Shown here in pieces: positions 9,426 through 18,923 of a stretch of DNA of 64,000 bases. Source of the DNA: a virus; the IMG/VR virus record IMGVR_UViG_3300028563_000011, positions 46,592-110,591 of that record; one strand, written 5' to 3'. The translations under genes and the position numbers were made by a program. The notes below the pieces were generated by a model, which saw only the letters and a program-made list of their open reading frames with translations, did not search any database and was not told the origin of the DNA. Within the stretch, counting starts at the first letter, position 1, and each line of letters starts with the position of its first letter.

Positions 9426-9940
9426 TATACCCTCTCTAGGAGTTCTTTAGTCCAGCCTGACATGGAAGTAACCCTACCCTTCAATTCAGGGAGGTAGGTT
9501 TCCCAAGCTTTACGGTGGAGTATTGCCTCATCCCAAGAACCCGGTAAATCGAAATGGGCACGATTTGGATCTAAAGGCACCCCAGTTAGAACAACACTCT
9601 GGCACAATTTCAAACCAACAAGTGTTGCAATTAACCCGGAAGAGCCACCATTACAAGGGATACGTTGAACAGGAAATTTAGTCTTATGATGAATTGTAGC
9701 TCCACGAAACACTGACGACCAAAACGATGTTACGTCTGGGTAGCCAGCTTTCTTACGAAGATCAATCCAATGTGGAAACAAATCAATATGATAAGACACC
9801 CAGTGATCAAAAGCATCTGGATAAGACACACCAGCACTATTAATGGCAATAATACAATCAAAACAATAAAGTCTTTTAGCTTCTGCAACCTCTTCCCAAA
9901 CGCCACCTGCGCTGCCAATAACAAGGGCACAGTTAAGCAT
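9425..9940 (-). CDS. Putative glycosyltransferase-like protein (Maf/DUF115-type fold)
   Basis: ALVIGSA...IIAIN...GGSSGLIA...VVLTGVPLD pattern. Confidence 0.5.
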   Translation of the reverse strand: MLNCALVIGSAGGVWEEVAEAKRLYCFDCIIAINSAGVSYPDAFDHWVSYHIDLFPHWIDLRKKAGYPDVTSFWSSVFRGATIHHKTKFPVQRIPCNGGSSGLIATLVGLKLCQSVVLTGVPLDPNRAHFDLPGSWDEAILHRKAWETYLPELKGRVTSMSGWTKELLERV

Positions 9941-10268
9941 CTTTCACTTTATCTTTAGCAGAAAACGCCATCAACGGCCACAACTGTCTAATAGCATCCT
10001 CGTAAGCAAACTGCTGACCTAGAGCAAAATTATAGTTTTCCGAAGACATCGGAGCACTTTTACCAATAACAACAAACCCATTCTTCATAATCAACATACA
10101 AATTGAAAGTACCTCTAAAGAAGCTAGAGCCGTATTAGGAGCATACGGAATAATATCTTTACCATTGAGATCAAACTTATAAGCAATTTGATCTTCAATG
10201 TCCTTCAAAGCAATCCGCGGTGCCTTAGCAAACTTTGCGGATTGCTTATCCGTTTCGTAAATGCTCAC
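9933..10268 (-). CDS. N4 Gp49/Sf6 gp66 family protein (possible nucleotide-signal sponge)
   Basis: APRI...LSICMLIMKNGFVVIGKSAPMSSENYNFALGQQFAYEDAIRQLWPL is the family signature. Confidence 0.75.
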   Translation of the reverse strand: MSIYETDKQSAKFAKAPRIALKDIEDQIAYKFDLNGKDIIPYAPNTALASLEVLSICMLIMKNGFVVIGKSAPMSSENYNFALGQQFAYEDAIRQLWPLMAFSAKDKVKDA

Positions 10269-10269
10269 C

Positions 10270-10440
10270 TTAACCTCGAACAGGAGGGCCGTACACCTGC
10301 CAACCCAAGAGAAGGAAGAGTATAAAAACTAAAACAGCGTTACCTGCAAATACGTAAGCTCCCACCACTCCTACATAGGAAAGCACCCCGAAGACAAACC
10401 AAATAAGCATTAAAACCCAAAACATTAAACCACGGGCCAT
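10270..10440 (-). CDS. Small two-TM membrane protein (not in ORF track)
   Basis: Manual translation: MARGLMFWVLMLIWFVFGVLSYVGVVGAYVFAGNAVLVFILFLLLGWQVYGPPVRG, with GGAGG RBS. Confidence 0.65.
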   Translation of the reverse strand: MARGLMFWVLMLIWFVFGVLSYVGVVGAYVFAGNAVLVFILFLLLGWQVYGPPVRG

Positions 10441-10452
10441 CACACCCTCCTA

Positions 10453-10719
10453 TTACTTATTGGGGAACGGTTTGCCATCAGAACTTACACCTGTTCCAGA
10501 CTTGCCAAGTTCAGGTTGGATCTGCATACCCCCACCCTTGACTTCTGTCCCAGGTAAGTTGGGTTGGACCTGCATATGAACAACGTCAGGGCTTTCCGGG
10601 TGATCCGTAACATGATCCCGAGGAACAGTGATTTCCGAACCATCACCTAAATGAATTGTACGTGTATGCTGATCTTCTTTAACCAGCATAACCTTTTGTC
10701 CCTTATAGTAAACAACCAT
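10453..10719 (-). CDS. Hypothetical protein
   Basis: ORF with AGGAG RBS. Confidence 0.55.
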   Translation of the reverse strand: MVVYYKGQKVMLVKEDQHTRTIHLGDGSEITVPRDHVTDHPESPDVVHMQVQPNLPGTEVKGGGMQIQPELGKSGTGVSSDGKPFPNK

Positions 10720-10814
10720 GGGTTTCTCTCCTTTGAAGAGATGCTACCGCCCAACAATCAATTTGATTTTGATTTGTATACTACGTTTCTCGACATTGGT
10801 AAAGCACTAAATTA

Positions 10815-11657
10815 TTACGACAATTGTTTCCACAAAGTCCCATCAACAAGCTCTTTTTCATTCCATTGCTGATACGCTAAAGCATGTACCCACTGAGTAC
10901 GATCTGGATAAAGCGGAGACTCAATCTTGGAGAAATCAGTTTCTCCTACCAAAGCAGCTGCCGACATTGGGTCTACAAAGACAGGACAACCCATCATAAC
11001 AGCTTCCACTGCTGCTATAGACCCATGCGTCACAAGAGCATGAGCTTCTCTTAATTGATCATCCAACGGAACTCTTGATTCTTTATCTCGAACTATAATT
11101 TCTCTTGTTGTGTATTTCCTTAACTCAGTAACTGTACGGCTGACCCAATTACGATCTGCAAATACATCCCAGTAATCAAACCCTGTATCAGCTACTAGAA
11201 TATGCTTACCCCAATGCCAAGGCCAAGGATAAGCCTGACTAACTCCCACACTTGTATTTACCTCATGAAGTTTTAAGGCTTTCCATCGATCATCAGGAAC
11301 CGCGTTAATAACTTGCATCTGATAGTCATTTAACGTCCAACGATAGTACCCGCCTGGAACTCCCAATTCGTGTCCAGTAGGCATCCATGTTGCAAACACA
11401 CGTCTTAGGTATCCTCTATCCCAAAATATAAAGTTACGACCACGTAACTTCCATTCTGCAAAGTTCTGACGAAACTGAGGCGAAACCCCAACGATAGGTA
11501 TTACCTCATCTGGAAGAGTTTTGATCTTCTCATAGTCATGACGAATGATACTACCACCGCAAGCTATTATCTTTTTACCAATATCTTCAAATAGATGGAG
11601 CTTAAACTTTCTTAGGTTTGGCGGGATAAACAGACAAACTTGCTTTGGATCGATCAT
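10815..11657 (-). CDS. Putative glycosyltransferase (GT-B, KpsC/KpsS-like)
   Basis: DRGY, HILV, IIVRDK and AHALVTHGSIAAVEAVMMGCPVF, the GT-B C-terminal donor-binding pattern. Confidence 0.6.
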   Translation of the reverse strand: MIDPKQVCLFIPPNLRKFKLHLFEDIGKKIIACGGSIIRHDYEKIKTLPDEVIPIVGVSPQFRQNFAEWKLRGRNFIFWDRGYLRRVFATWMPTGHELGVPGGYYRWTLNDYQMQVINAVPDDRWKALKLHEVNTSVGVSQAYPWPWHWGKHILVADTGFDYWDVFADRNWVSRTVTELRKYTTREIIVRDKESRVPLDDQLREAHALVTHGSIAAVEAVMMGCPVFVDPMSAAALVGETDFSKIESPLYPDRTQWVHALAYQQWNEKELVDGTLWKQLS

Positions 11658-11832
11658 ATTTTAACCACTCTTCTTTTATTCGCTCTGGATCCACTTTCCA
11701 CAGAGTACAAAGATCTCCGTGAACCATCTCTACTCCCCATGGACGTAATCGATCTATCATAGCTCGAATATCTTGACCGCACAAGCCTGGACAAAGTCTC
11801 AACAAATCATACATGGAATAGACTTTAGACAT
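11602..11832 (-). CDS. Hypothetical protein
   Basis: Fills the gap between GT genes; overlaps both neighbours. Confidence 0.35.
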   Translation of the reverse strand: MSKVYSMYDLLRLCPGLCGQDIRAMIDRLRPWGVEMVHGDLCTLWKVDPERIKEEWLKYDRSKASLSVYPAKPKKV

Positions 11833-12538
11833 TCAAAACTGCACCACCGTATTTCCATAAGGTACTCTTGGAGATTGGTTCCCAAACCAAATGCTGGTTA
11901 GAATTAAACCAAGCAAATTTCTCCCCTACATAGAATTTCCGCTTCTCAAATATTCGCTTCTCACAACCAAATACCATAAAAGGATAATCAGTAAAGTACA
12001 ATAAGTGCGAAGGACCACCTAATACAAAAAAGTTCATCGTAGCACCAGCGTATAACGCCATACGCTCGTGAAGATGAATAGGTTTTACTGAGTAATCTTC
12101 AATAACCAAAGCCCCAATATCAGCCGCAAATCCACGCCATAATTTCTCATCTGAATTACGCCAAGGCTCTTGCTTACTCTTACGTAAAGTCACCGTAAAA
12201 TCAACCTGTTTTGGAGGAAGCACTGTCTTAAGTCTAGGAAAGTTATAATCTGGCTTGTAGTTCTCTAAGAACTTACTAAAACTTGCCGTTCCTTTAATTT
12301 GACCTTCTTCCCCATTCACACACTCCCGACAAGGTAACCCAGCAAGGGCGGGACCAGGGAATAGTATACTCTTTGCTCGCCGCCTTACATCTTGTAAGCC
12401 CCACTCAAACATAAGCATGGGGCTAATAGTTTTAGTTTGCAGGATGATTTCGGTAGCCCCTTGAGCCTTTACATGAACTAACCAAGTAAAGAAATCAAAA
12501 CAAGGTTGGGCTTCTCGTAAATCATATTTAGCCAACAT
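11825..12538 (-). CDS. Putative glycosyltransferase-like protein (GT-B related)
   Basis: VTLR...RNSD...W and ERMALYAGATMNFFVLGGP resemble a GT9-like C-terminal domain; sits among GT genes. Confidence 0.45.
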   Translation of the reverse strand: MLAKYDLREAQPCFDFFTWLVHVKAQGATEIILQTKTISPMLMFEWGLQDVRRRAKSILFPGPALAGLPCRECVNGEEGQIKGTASFSKFLENYKPDYNFPRLKTVLPPKQVDFTVTLRKSKQEPWRNSDEKLWRGFAADIGALVIEDYSVKPIHLHERMALYAGATMNFFVLGGPSHLLYFTDYPFMVFGCEKRIFEKRKFYVGEKFAWFNSNQHLVWEPISKSTLWKYGGAVLNV

Positions 12539-12539
12539 C

Positions 12540-13217
12540 TTATACCCAATTCTCCTTTACCCATTTCAAGTGAAGTAAATCCACAGGATTACGCTTACCT
12601 ACAAAAGTCACAATACGCGCATCCACTGGCAACTGATCATCTTTTGGCCATTCACGCTTACGATACACGTATATACCACTTTTGGGTCCAACAGGCCAAC
12701 CTGGCGCTCCGGGTAATTTATGCCAAAGCCAACCTTGATCATCCGGCCACTCATAGCGCGGAATATACTCAACAGCCTCCAAAGAGAAATCATCCCAAAC
12801 ACCCGGGTGTTCCCCAACCCTTACCATAACCAAAGCCCCGTTATAGGGGCAAGGGTTAGATACATTGGCTCCTTGTAGGATAACAAAAGGCTCAGGTCTA
12901 TCAAATAAAGGATCAAGAGGACCCGTTATCACAGAATCTAGATCAATACCAACAATTCTATCATCAAACTTATACTTCTTCTGCCATTCAGGTGAAAACA
13001 TTTGTAGGCGTATAAAACACCCTTTACCCAACAAATAAAACGACTCCTCAGGAATAGTAAAGACATTATCTATCTCAGGGGATTTGAGAAAAGACTCATC
13101 AGTAAATACTGAGAACTTATACGGCTGTGTAATGTGCTTCCTTAAGCTTCTTGCAAGAATATGGACGTACGCAGGAGAATATTTGACGCCCCAAAACCAA
13201 GTTATGATATTAAGCAT
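12540..13217 (-). CDS. Glycosyltransferase (GT-A fold)
   Basis: WGVKY...YV, FTD, DxD motif (IDLDSVITGPLD), YNG and DDQGW. Confidence 0.75.
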   Translation of the reverse strand: MLNIITWFWGVKYSPAYVHILARSLRKHITQPYKFSVFTDESFLKSPEIDNVFTIPEESFYLLGKGCFIRLQMFSPEWQKKYKFDDRIVGIDLDSVITGPLDPLFDRPEPFVILQGANVSNPCPYNGALVMVRVGEHPGVWDDFSLEAVEYIPRYEWPDDQGWLWHKLPGAPGWPVGPKSGIYVYRKREWPKDDQLPVDARIVTFVGKRNPVDLLHLKWVKENWV

Positions 13218-13749
13218 GAGGAGGATCCATCAAAGCAACCCATTCTTTAACACCAGTATTCCAAGTCCGCTTTACCTCAAACCCGTACTTAGCGAATTCC
13301 TGATGCCACCACTCACCAGGGTTTACGATCAAATGACTATTACGCCCATCTGAAAGCCAACGTCGCTTTGTAAACTTACAGGAAATAACAACAAATAAAA
13401 GTTTCTTGGTAGCTACAACTAAATCCAACATCACATCGTGTAAACATTCGGGTTCAATATGCTCCATAACATCAAGACAAGTTACAAGATCTGCTGTATT
13501 TGTCAAACGATCCTTACCCTCAACAGCTGGGTCATATTCAAGTACAGTAAAGGGCAACGGTGGGCGAATACGCTTTATTTCTTTTGCTAGTTCTCCTTTA
13601 CCACAGCCATAGTCAAAGACTGTAACACAACGCTCAATTAGAGCAATACCTGTAACAAGGTAAGCCCACTTACCCGAATTACAGGCGTACTCTTGATCCT
13701 CAGCGTGCAGACGACGCTGCTCTTCTAGGTATTTCTGAGTGATTAACAT
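13210..13749 (-). CDS. Class I SAM-dependent methyltransferase
   Basis: VFDYGCGKG (motif I) and DLVTCLDVMEHIEP. Confidence 0.85.
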   Translation of the reverse strand: MLITQKYLEEQRRLHAEDQEYACNSGKWAYLVTGIALIERCVTVFDYGCGKGELAKEIKRIRPPLPFTVLEYDPAVEGKDRLTNTADLVTCLDVMEHIEPECLHDVMLDLVVATKKLLFVVISCKFTKRRWLSDGRNSHLIVNPGEWWHQEFAKYGFEVKRTWNTGVKEWVALMDPPHA

Positions 13750-14462
13750 AATCCCGCCAATTCTTGTTTAGACATTTTGTGAACTGCTCCCCAATGGGTA
13801 TCTACCCAATCCAGGTGACCTAACTTACGAGGGTCCCGCCGTCCTGGGAATACAACAAGCCTTGCGTTCTCGGGTAAATCATCTCCAGAAGGCCAGTGTT
13901 TTTTCTTAAAGCCGTACACCCCTTGTTCAGGACCCCACTCACAAGCATTAGGGAGCATATGATGTAACCAAGCTTGATCATCAAAGATTGAGTGCTTTGG
14001 TACTTTGTGTAAAGCCTCTAACGAAAACTCATCCCAGACATCTTGATAATCTCCCGCCTTAAACATCCAAAAGGAACCATTGTATGGGTTAGGGTTTGTT
14101 GAATTAATACCTTGTAATATAGCAAACTCTTCATACATATCAAACAAAGGATCAAGTTGACCTGTAACAATTGAGTCAATATCTAAATTAACAACCTTCT
14201 CCCCCTTCTTTATGCTGTGAGCTTCCAACCATTTCCAATCAAAAAGCCTCATCCTAACAATACATCCAGGCTCTTGTAGTAATTGCGGGTCGGCTATATT
14301 CCAACGGTAGCACCCTGGGAGAAGAATGTTATTATTTTGAGCGTCAGTCACAACGTGAAAAATGAAAGGCTGTTTTATGTTACGGACTAAAGCCTTACGC
14401 AACTTCATCAAGAAGTAAGGCTTGTACTTGTTCCCCCAAAACCAAGAGACAATATGAATCAT
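13743..14462 (-). CDS. Glycosyltransferase (GT-A fold), paralog of 12540..13217
   Basis: WGNKY, LDIDSIVTGQLDPLF, NPYNGS and DDQAW. Confidence 0.75.
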   Translation of the reverse strand: MIHIVSWFWGNKYKPYFLMKLRKALVRNIKQPFIFHVVTDAQNNNILLPGCYRWNIADPQLLQEPGCIVRMRLFDWKWLEAHSIKKGEKVVNLDIDSIVTGQLDPLFDMYEEFAILQGINSTNPNPYNGSFWMFKAGDYQDVWDEFSLEALHKVPKHSIFDDQAWLHHMLPNACEWGPEQGVYGFKKKHWPSGDDLPENARLVVFPGRRDPRKLGHLDWVDTHWGAVHKMSKQELAGLC

Positions 14463-14598
14463 TCTATATCTCTTCTATTTCTACCATTTAACCACTCAGT
14501 ATTTTCCCACCATTTCATCCACTCACTACGGGCTATACGGGAGGGACGATTAACTTTAACCCCATTTATCAAAACCCAATCTGGATAAATTTCGATGA

Positions 14599-15381
14599 TC
14601 ATGTCAGTAACCCCAAGGCACTACGATACACCTGGTCGATACTAATCGCCTTCATCGCTTCTATACAGTGGCTGCATCGGCTAAGGGAGCCGCAGGGCTC
14701 TGTCCCGCCCGTTAAGTTGACATTGGTAGGGTAGCCCAAGATTTTTGGATCAGTGAAGCCCCCAAAGAGAACAACCGCCTTTACACCCAACGCCGCTGCA
14801 CCGTGTGCTAACCCACCTTCAGGACCTATATATAACTTAGCCTGAGAAAGAGCGACTAAAGCCTGACGGAAGTTCTTAGTTACAATTGGCTTCACCCCAG
14901 GGAACATGGTTGTATTGTAGTGATTGGTATCATACATAAATTGACAAACAGTAAACCCTGCCCGTAACAACATCTTGGCTACTTGTTGATAACGCTCGTA
15001 AGGCCATTGTTTGTTAGGATAGACCGGTTTTACCCGAGGCTCTATCAGTACATACCTCGGCTTTATTTTTCTTGCTAATTCACATTCGGCTTTATTAAAG
15101 AAAATCTGACCCGGTATTGCTCTAAAATTGGGGTCGTAAACCCAGTTAGCTCCCTGAGTGCTCTTACTAAAATAAATACGGTTATGTTTATAGTGCGCTA
15201 TCCATTCTAAGTCAGGAGCTCCTTCACTACCAGGAGGCGCTATATTAGGGTTATTCCTATAAATCAGTTCACCAGTTTGAGCCCACAAGATAGTACGTCC
15301 GTCACCAAAAGCAATACGCTTACCACGATCACGTGCGCCTCTGGCCAAGCCTGTACCCAAAATTTCGTCACCGTAACCCAT
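14599..15381 (-). CDS. Glycosyltransferase family 9-like (heptosyltransferase-like)
   Basis: MGYGD start, NKQWP and LYIGPEGGLAHGAAALGVKAVVLFG. Confidence 0.8.
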   Translation of the reverse strand: MGYGDEILGTGLARGARDRGKRIAFGDGRTILWAQTGELIYRNNPNIAPPGSEGAPDLEWIAHYKHNRIYFSKSTQGANWVYDPNFRAIPGQIFFNKAECELARKIKPRYVLIEPRVKPVYPNKQWPYERYQQVAKMLLRAGFTVCQFMYDTNHYNTTMFPGVKPIVTKNFRQALVALSQAKLYIGPEGGLAHGAAALGVKAVVLFGGFTDPKILGYPTNVNLTGGTEPCGSLSRCSHCIEAMKAISIDQVYRSALGLLT

Positions 15382-15567
15382 TTAGACAAAGTCTTTTTCA
15401 TCAGCTACAAAAACTTTCACCTCAGTATTAAAAGTCTTGGTAGGGGTATTTTCTTCATCATCAAGCCCCCGAGCATACCACCACAAACTATTCTGTATCA
15501 TAATTTTAAGATGTTCTGGTTTAAGTTCATAACTATCTGGTACTTGAATAGAGATTCTAAGGTTCAA
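15382..15567 (-). CDS. Hypothetical protein
   Basis: Small coupled ORF with AGGAGG RBS. Confidence 0.45.
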   Translation of the reverse strand: MNLRISIQVPDSYELKPEHLKIMIQNSLWWYARGLDDEENTPTKTFNTEVKVFVADEKDFV

Positions 15568-16091
15568 GTCAACCTCCTAGGGTACATCAAAGCCACCCAC
15601 TCATCCTTCTCAAATTTCCAGACGGCTTTAACACTAAATTGTCTGTCTACCCTAGCTCGCCACCACAACCCCGGTTTGACGATAAGATGTGCATTAGACC
15701 CATCGGAAAGTAACTTACCTGCTGGACGAGTTGAAATTACAGCAAAGAGCGCAACCTTAGTTAAGGAATGTAAATGCTCAAGTACATTATCTAGTAAATC
15801 AGGCTCAATATGTTCTAATACATCTGTACAAATAACTAAATCACAAGGCTCAGGAAGATTTGATTTTTCTTCTATGGCTGGGTCATATTCTTCAGCAGCA
15901 AGATAGTACCAACTCAAAGCCTTAGCTAAAGCCCCAGCCCCACAGCCATAATCCAAAATTGATTGTGCCTTGAGATACCCCTTTAGATAAATGATAGGGG
16001 TGACCCAACGATCACCCCGTTCACCGTACCCGCCTAGTAAGTGTAGGCGCTTTTGTTCTTCCAAATACTCGGAAGATATAAGATCAAGCAT
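15564..16091 (-). CDS. Class I SAM-dependent methyltransferase, paralog of 13210..13749
   Basis: ILDYGCGAG, DLVICTDVLEHIEP and LSDGSNAHLIV. Confidence 0.85.
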   Translation of the reverse strand: MLDLISSEYLEEQKRLHLLGGYGERGDRWVTPIIYLKGYLKAQSILDYGCGAGALAKALSWYYLAAEEYDPAIEEKSNLPEPCDLVICTDVLEHIEPDLLDNVLEHLHSLTKVALFAVISTRPAGKLLSDGSNAHLIVKPGLWWRARVDRQFSVKAVWKFEKDEWVALMYPRRLT

Positions 16092-16109
16092 CCTGCTTTA
16101 ACCTATAAT

Positions 16110-16460
16110 TCAATACTTCACCCATTCCTGGGGTAACTTACAGTTCCTGGTAGCACTAGCAAACATAGGAGCAATATCCTCGTCCTTGTAACCAGCTAAC
16201 CCACAACCGATTCTAGTAACATTAAACTCTAAATCTTCATGTATAGCCGCGTACAACAAGAAATCTGCAACGTAGCACTTTATAGCCGCTAAAGACAACG
16301 GACGTAGCGTGCTATCTTTTGTAGGGATTGCATAAGCATTACCTGTACGTCCTACCCAAGCACCATAAACAGCCCCATGATGTTGTCGAGCATGTAAAGC
16401 CGCTCCCGCCCCGTGCCTACCTTTAAGGTTTGAACCAAACACAAATATAGAATTACTCAA
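16110..16460 (-). CDS. A1S_2505-family phage protein (macro-like)
   Basis: IFVFGSNLKGRHGAGAA...YAIPTK...VTRIGCGLAG. Confidence 0.7.
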   Translation of the reverse strand: MSNSIFVFGSNLKGRHGAGAALHARQHHGAVYGAWVGRTGNAYAIPTKDSTLRPLSLAAIKCYVADFLLYAAIHEDLEFNVTRIGCGLAGYKDEDIAPMFASATRNCKLPQEWVKY

Positions 16461-16487
16461 TGTTTATAACCTCTATTTTAAGGTACT

Positions 16488-16964
16488 TCACTCAGTTTCA
16501 TCTTTCTCAATCCTTGCAGGTTGCGGACCGGATTCTTGATCCTGGTACTTACCTTTATAGGGCTGAATTGTGGGTTCATCTAATTGCTCGAATATTACTT
16601 GAGCAATTGGCGTACCCGCATCTAAGTAAATCCACTCTTTTGTTTCGTTGGATAACTCCAAGGTAAGAAAGCCTCTCCAAACAGGCTCACCAATTGTATT
16701 TTGTACAAACAAACCCTTACGAGCCCAAGATGATTTATCATGAACACGCATTACTAAAAAGGATGGGATAAAGAACTGTTCTAAAGTCGCCCCTAATGTG
16801 TAAGAACGAGGAGCAAGATTAACCATAGCTCCTAAACGAATATCATAACCTGCTGAGGACAAACCGTAGCTCATCCCACTAGGATGTACCTTACGATCAG
16901 TAAAGGGTGAAATTAAACTGGACTCAAGACACAACTTACGTATTGACTGCGCGCTTAAGATCAT
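16488..16964 (-). CDS. dcd: dCTP deaminase
   Basis: SYGLSSAGYDIRL, DKSSWARKGL, GFLTLELSN and YKGKYQDQ. Confidence 0.9.
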   Translation of the reverse strand: MILSAQSIRKLCLESSLISPFTDRKVHPSGMSYGLSSAGYDIRLGAMVNLAPRSYTLGATLEQFFIPSFLVMRVHDKSSWARKGLFVQNTIGEPVWRGFLTLELSNETKEWIYLDAGTPIAQVIFEQLDEPTIQPYKGKYQDQESGPQPARIEKDETE

Positions 16965-17281
16965 AGCCCTTCTCTACCTTCTTTGATCAAAGACAACAAC
17001 TTCCAAGAAGCTATACCTAATATTTGCGACCTTAAAGCCAAACCTTCATTCCAATCTTCATCTACAAAGTAATGGATCTTAGAACCACAATCATCATTTA
17101 GATCATAAGGGCAAAAGATTTGTACAAGTACTCCTCGTCTAACTTTAGCAAAAATTAAGTACACCTTTTTAATCTTGATACAATACTCAGAAATATCCAT
17201 TATCTTTAATGGTTTAACGGAAGGTTCTTTAGGGTCTCCAGAATCATACAATCCCATATCATACGTAGTAATATCTATCAT
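16961..17281 (-). CDS. Hypothetical protein
   Basis: Translationally coupled ORF. Confidence 0.45.
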   Translation of the reverse strand: MIDITTYDMGLYDSGDPKEPSVKPLKIMDISEYCIKIKKVYLIFAKVRRGVLVQIFCPYDLNDDCGSKIHYFVDEDWNEGLALRSQILGIASWKLLSLIKEGREGL

Positions 17282-18084
17282 CGTCCCCTACCATAATCCC
17301 CAAACTCAACTGGAACACGAAAGGTCTCAGGACCTTGACCCGCTGCATTGGCCTCTGCTAACATACGGTCAAACAATTCAGGTATTTCGGGCATAGGATG
17401 AAGTTCATCTCTACCATTGTACCAATGAGGCTTACCCTCCAACTTTAACCTAGCACGAGCATGTTTGTGATTTGGTTGTGTGGGGATATTAGTATAGTGT
17501 ATAAGCTTTACCTTCCCATCATATATAGTCGGACGATATTGAGCCTTATCATCATCCTTACCATCTAAACAATTCCACTCACCTTGAAACACCCCCGCAT
17601 GTTTAGCTATAGTACTACGCACAGGACGATAAGCCCCCTCCACTGTCTTTAAGTGTTCAATTGGAGGTAAGACTTTCTTCATACGCTCATTATCCATGAG
17701 CATAACACATGAAGCCCCAATTTTAGACATAAGTAGGGCTTTACCATCTGGAATTGTTTGATTCCAGAGTTCTGCAACATCCGCAATAAAGATTTGATCA
17801 CAATCACAATAGATCGCCTTGCCTTGAAACTCACAAGCCGCTGGAATACCCCAACGAAGACTGGAAAAGGGTGTGGCTGCTCCTCGCATATTCCACCCCT
17901 TACGAGGATTTGCTTGTGGGTCACTATACCAAAAGCTATTCGGGTCGCGAGAAAGCATCATCCAAATAATATCAACATCATCCTGAGGGTGGTGCTTACG
18001 CAAAGACCAGGCAAAAACCGCCTGGCATTCTAAATCTTCATTATTGGCTGGAGTACCGACGAACACCCGTATTCGTTCAGACAT
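17278..18084 (-). CDS. Glycosyltransferase (GT8-like, GT-A)
   Basis: IRVFVG, TPFSSLRW, AIYCDCDQ (DxD), WNCLD and LIHYT. Confidence 0.8.
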   Translation of the reverse strand: MSERIRVFVGTPANNEDLECQAVFAWSLRKHHPQDDVDIIWMMLSRDPNSFWYSDPQANPRKGWNMRGAATPFSSLRWGIPAACEFQGKAIYCDCDQIFIADVAELWNQTIPDGKALLMSKIGASCVMLMDNERMKKVLPPIEHLKTVEGAYRPVRSTIAKHAGVFQGEWNCLDGKDDDKAQYRPTIYDGKVKLIHYTNIPTQPNHKHARARLKLEGKPHWYNGRDELHPMPEIPELFDRMLAEANAAGQGPETFRVPVEFGDYGRGR

Positions 18085-18108
18085 TCTTATTTTTCCTTTG
18101 GGGGATTT

Positions 18109-18184
18109 TGGTGCGCGCCGTCAGACTCGAACTGACACTGAAAGGATTTTAAGTCCCATCCCTCTGCCTTTGGGGTACGCGCGC
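18109..18184 (-). tRNA. tRNA-Leu(TAA), short variable loop, CCA encoded
   Basis: Reverse complement GCGCGCGTACCCCAAAGGCAGAGGGATGGGACTTAAAATCCTTTCAGTGTCAGTTCGAGTCTGACGGCGCGCACCA folds as a cloverleaf with anticodon TAA. Confidence 0.85.
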
Positions 18185-18340
18185 TGTTTTACCTTGAAAA
18201 CCTTTTGTAGGGCAATGCAGCCGACGGTAGCGGGGAGTCGGGGGGTTTGGAGGCCAACCGTCGGCTGCACGCTCTTCCTTGCCCTTTGGGAAACAGCGGA
18301 GGGCTGGTCCTACCCAGGCAAGAAACTCTTTACTACTACC

Positions 18341-18913
18341 TCATACTCCTCGACTAAATCCGTAATCTCCGGGGAATTTAGATTTCTCATGAACCCCAAC
18401 CGCTTTATTACTCGGGAAGTTCCCAGAACCAGCTAAGTACAAACCAACCAGTTCTTGAATAATGATTGGGAACCTAGGCCCCCCAGAACCCAAGAAGGTG
18501 GCATCAATACCACGGAAGTTTGTGATAGACACAGAACCCGCGGTCAATGACCGTACACGTTCAGTTATTGACTGTTGATCTTGTACTGTAGACCCATTAA
18601 GCAAGGCCAAAGCCAACTCAATAGACCCAGCTACAATCCCGTCAGGAATTACCCCAGCAGAATCATCTAAACCTTCGATGCCCATTTCCTTACGTGGAAA
18701 TTGATTATATTGATTAGAATCAAACTTAACTCCCCGCCAAACTTGTCTATCTAGAATACGCGTAGCTGTAATTAATGAACGGTTTTTATCATCAGTGGTA
18801 GCAGATCGCCAAGAATCCCCCTGGAACGCAGCAGCCATATACTCATCTGCAGTTGCAACATCTGCGTACACAAGATAAGGCTGAGAACCTATGAAGATTG
18901 TTTCGATTGCCAT
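18341..18913 (-). CDS. Head-tail adaptor (DnaT-like/Ad1 connector family)
   Basis: YADVATADEY...W...SLITATRILD...WRG...QFPR pattern. Confidence 0.75.
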   Translation of the reverse strand: MAIETIFIGSQPYLVYADVATADEYMAAAFQGDSWRSATTDDKNRSLITATRILDRQVWRGVKFDSNQYNQFPRKEMGIEGLDDSAGVIPDGIVAGSIELALALLNGSTVQDQQSITERVRSLTAGSVSITNFRGIDATFLGSGGPRFPIIIQELVGLYLAGSGNFPSNKAVGVHEKSKFPGDYGFSRGV

Positions 18914-18923
18914 AACTACACAC

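Noticed and set aside
16488-16964. 7-deazaguanine or cytosine-modification pathway linked to dcd and the radical SAM
   Set aside because: No QueC, QueD, FolE or DpdA is visible, and the TS homolog has the dUMP-type Asn.
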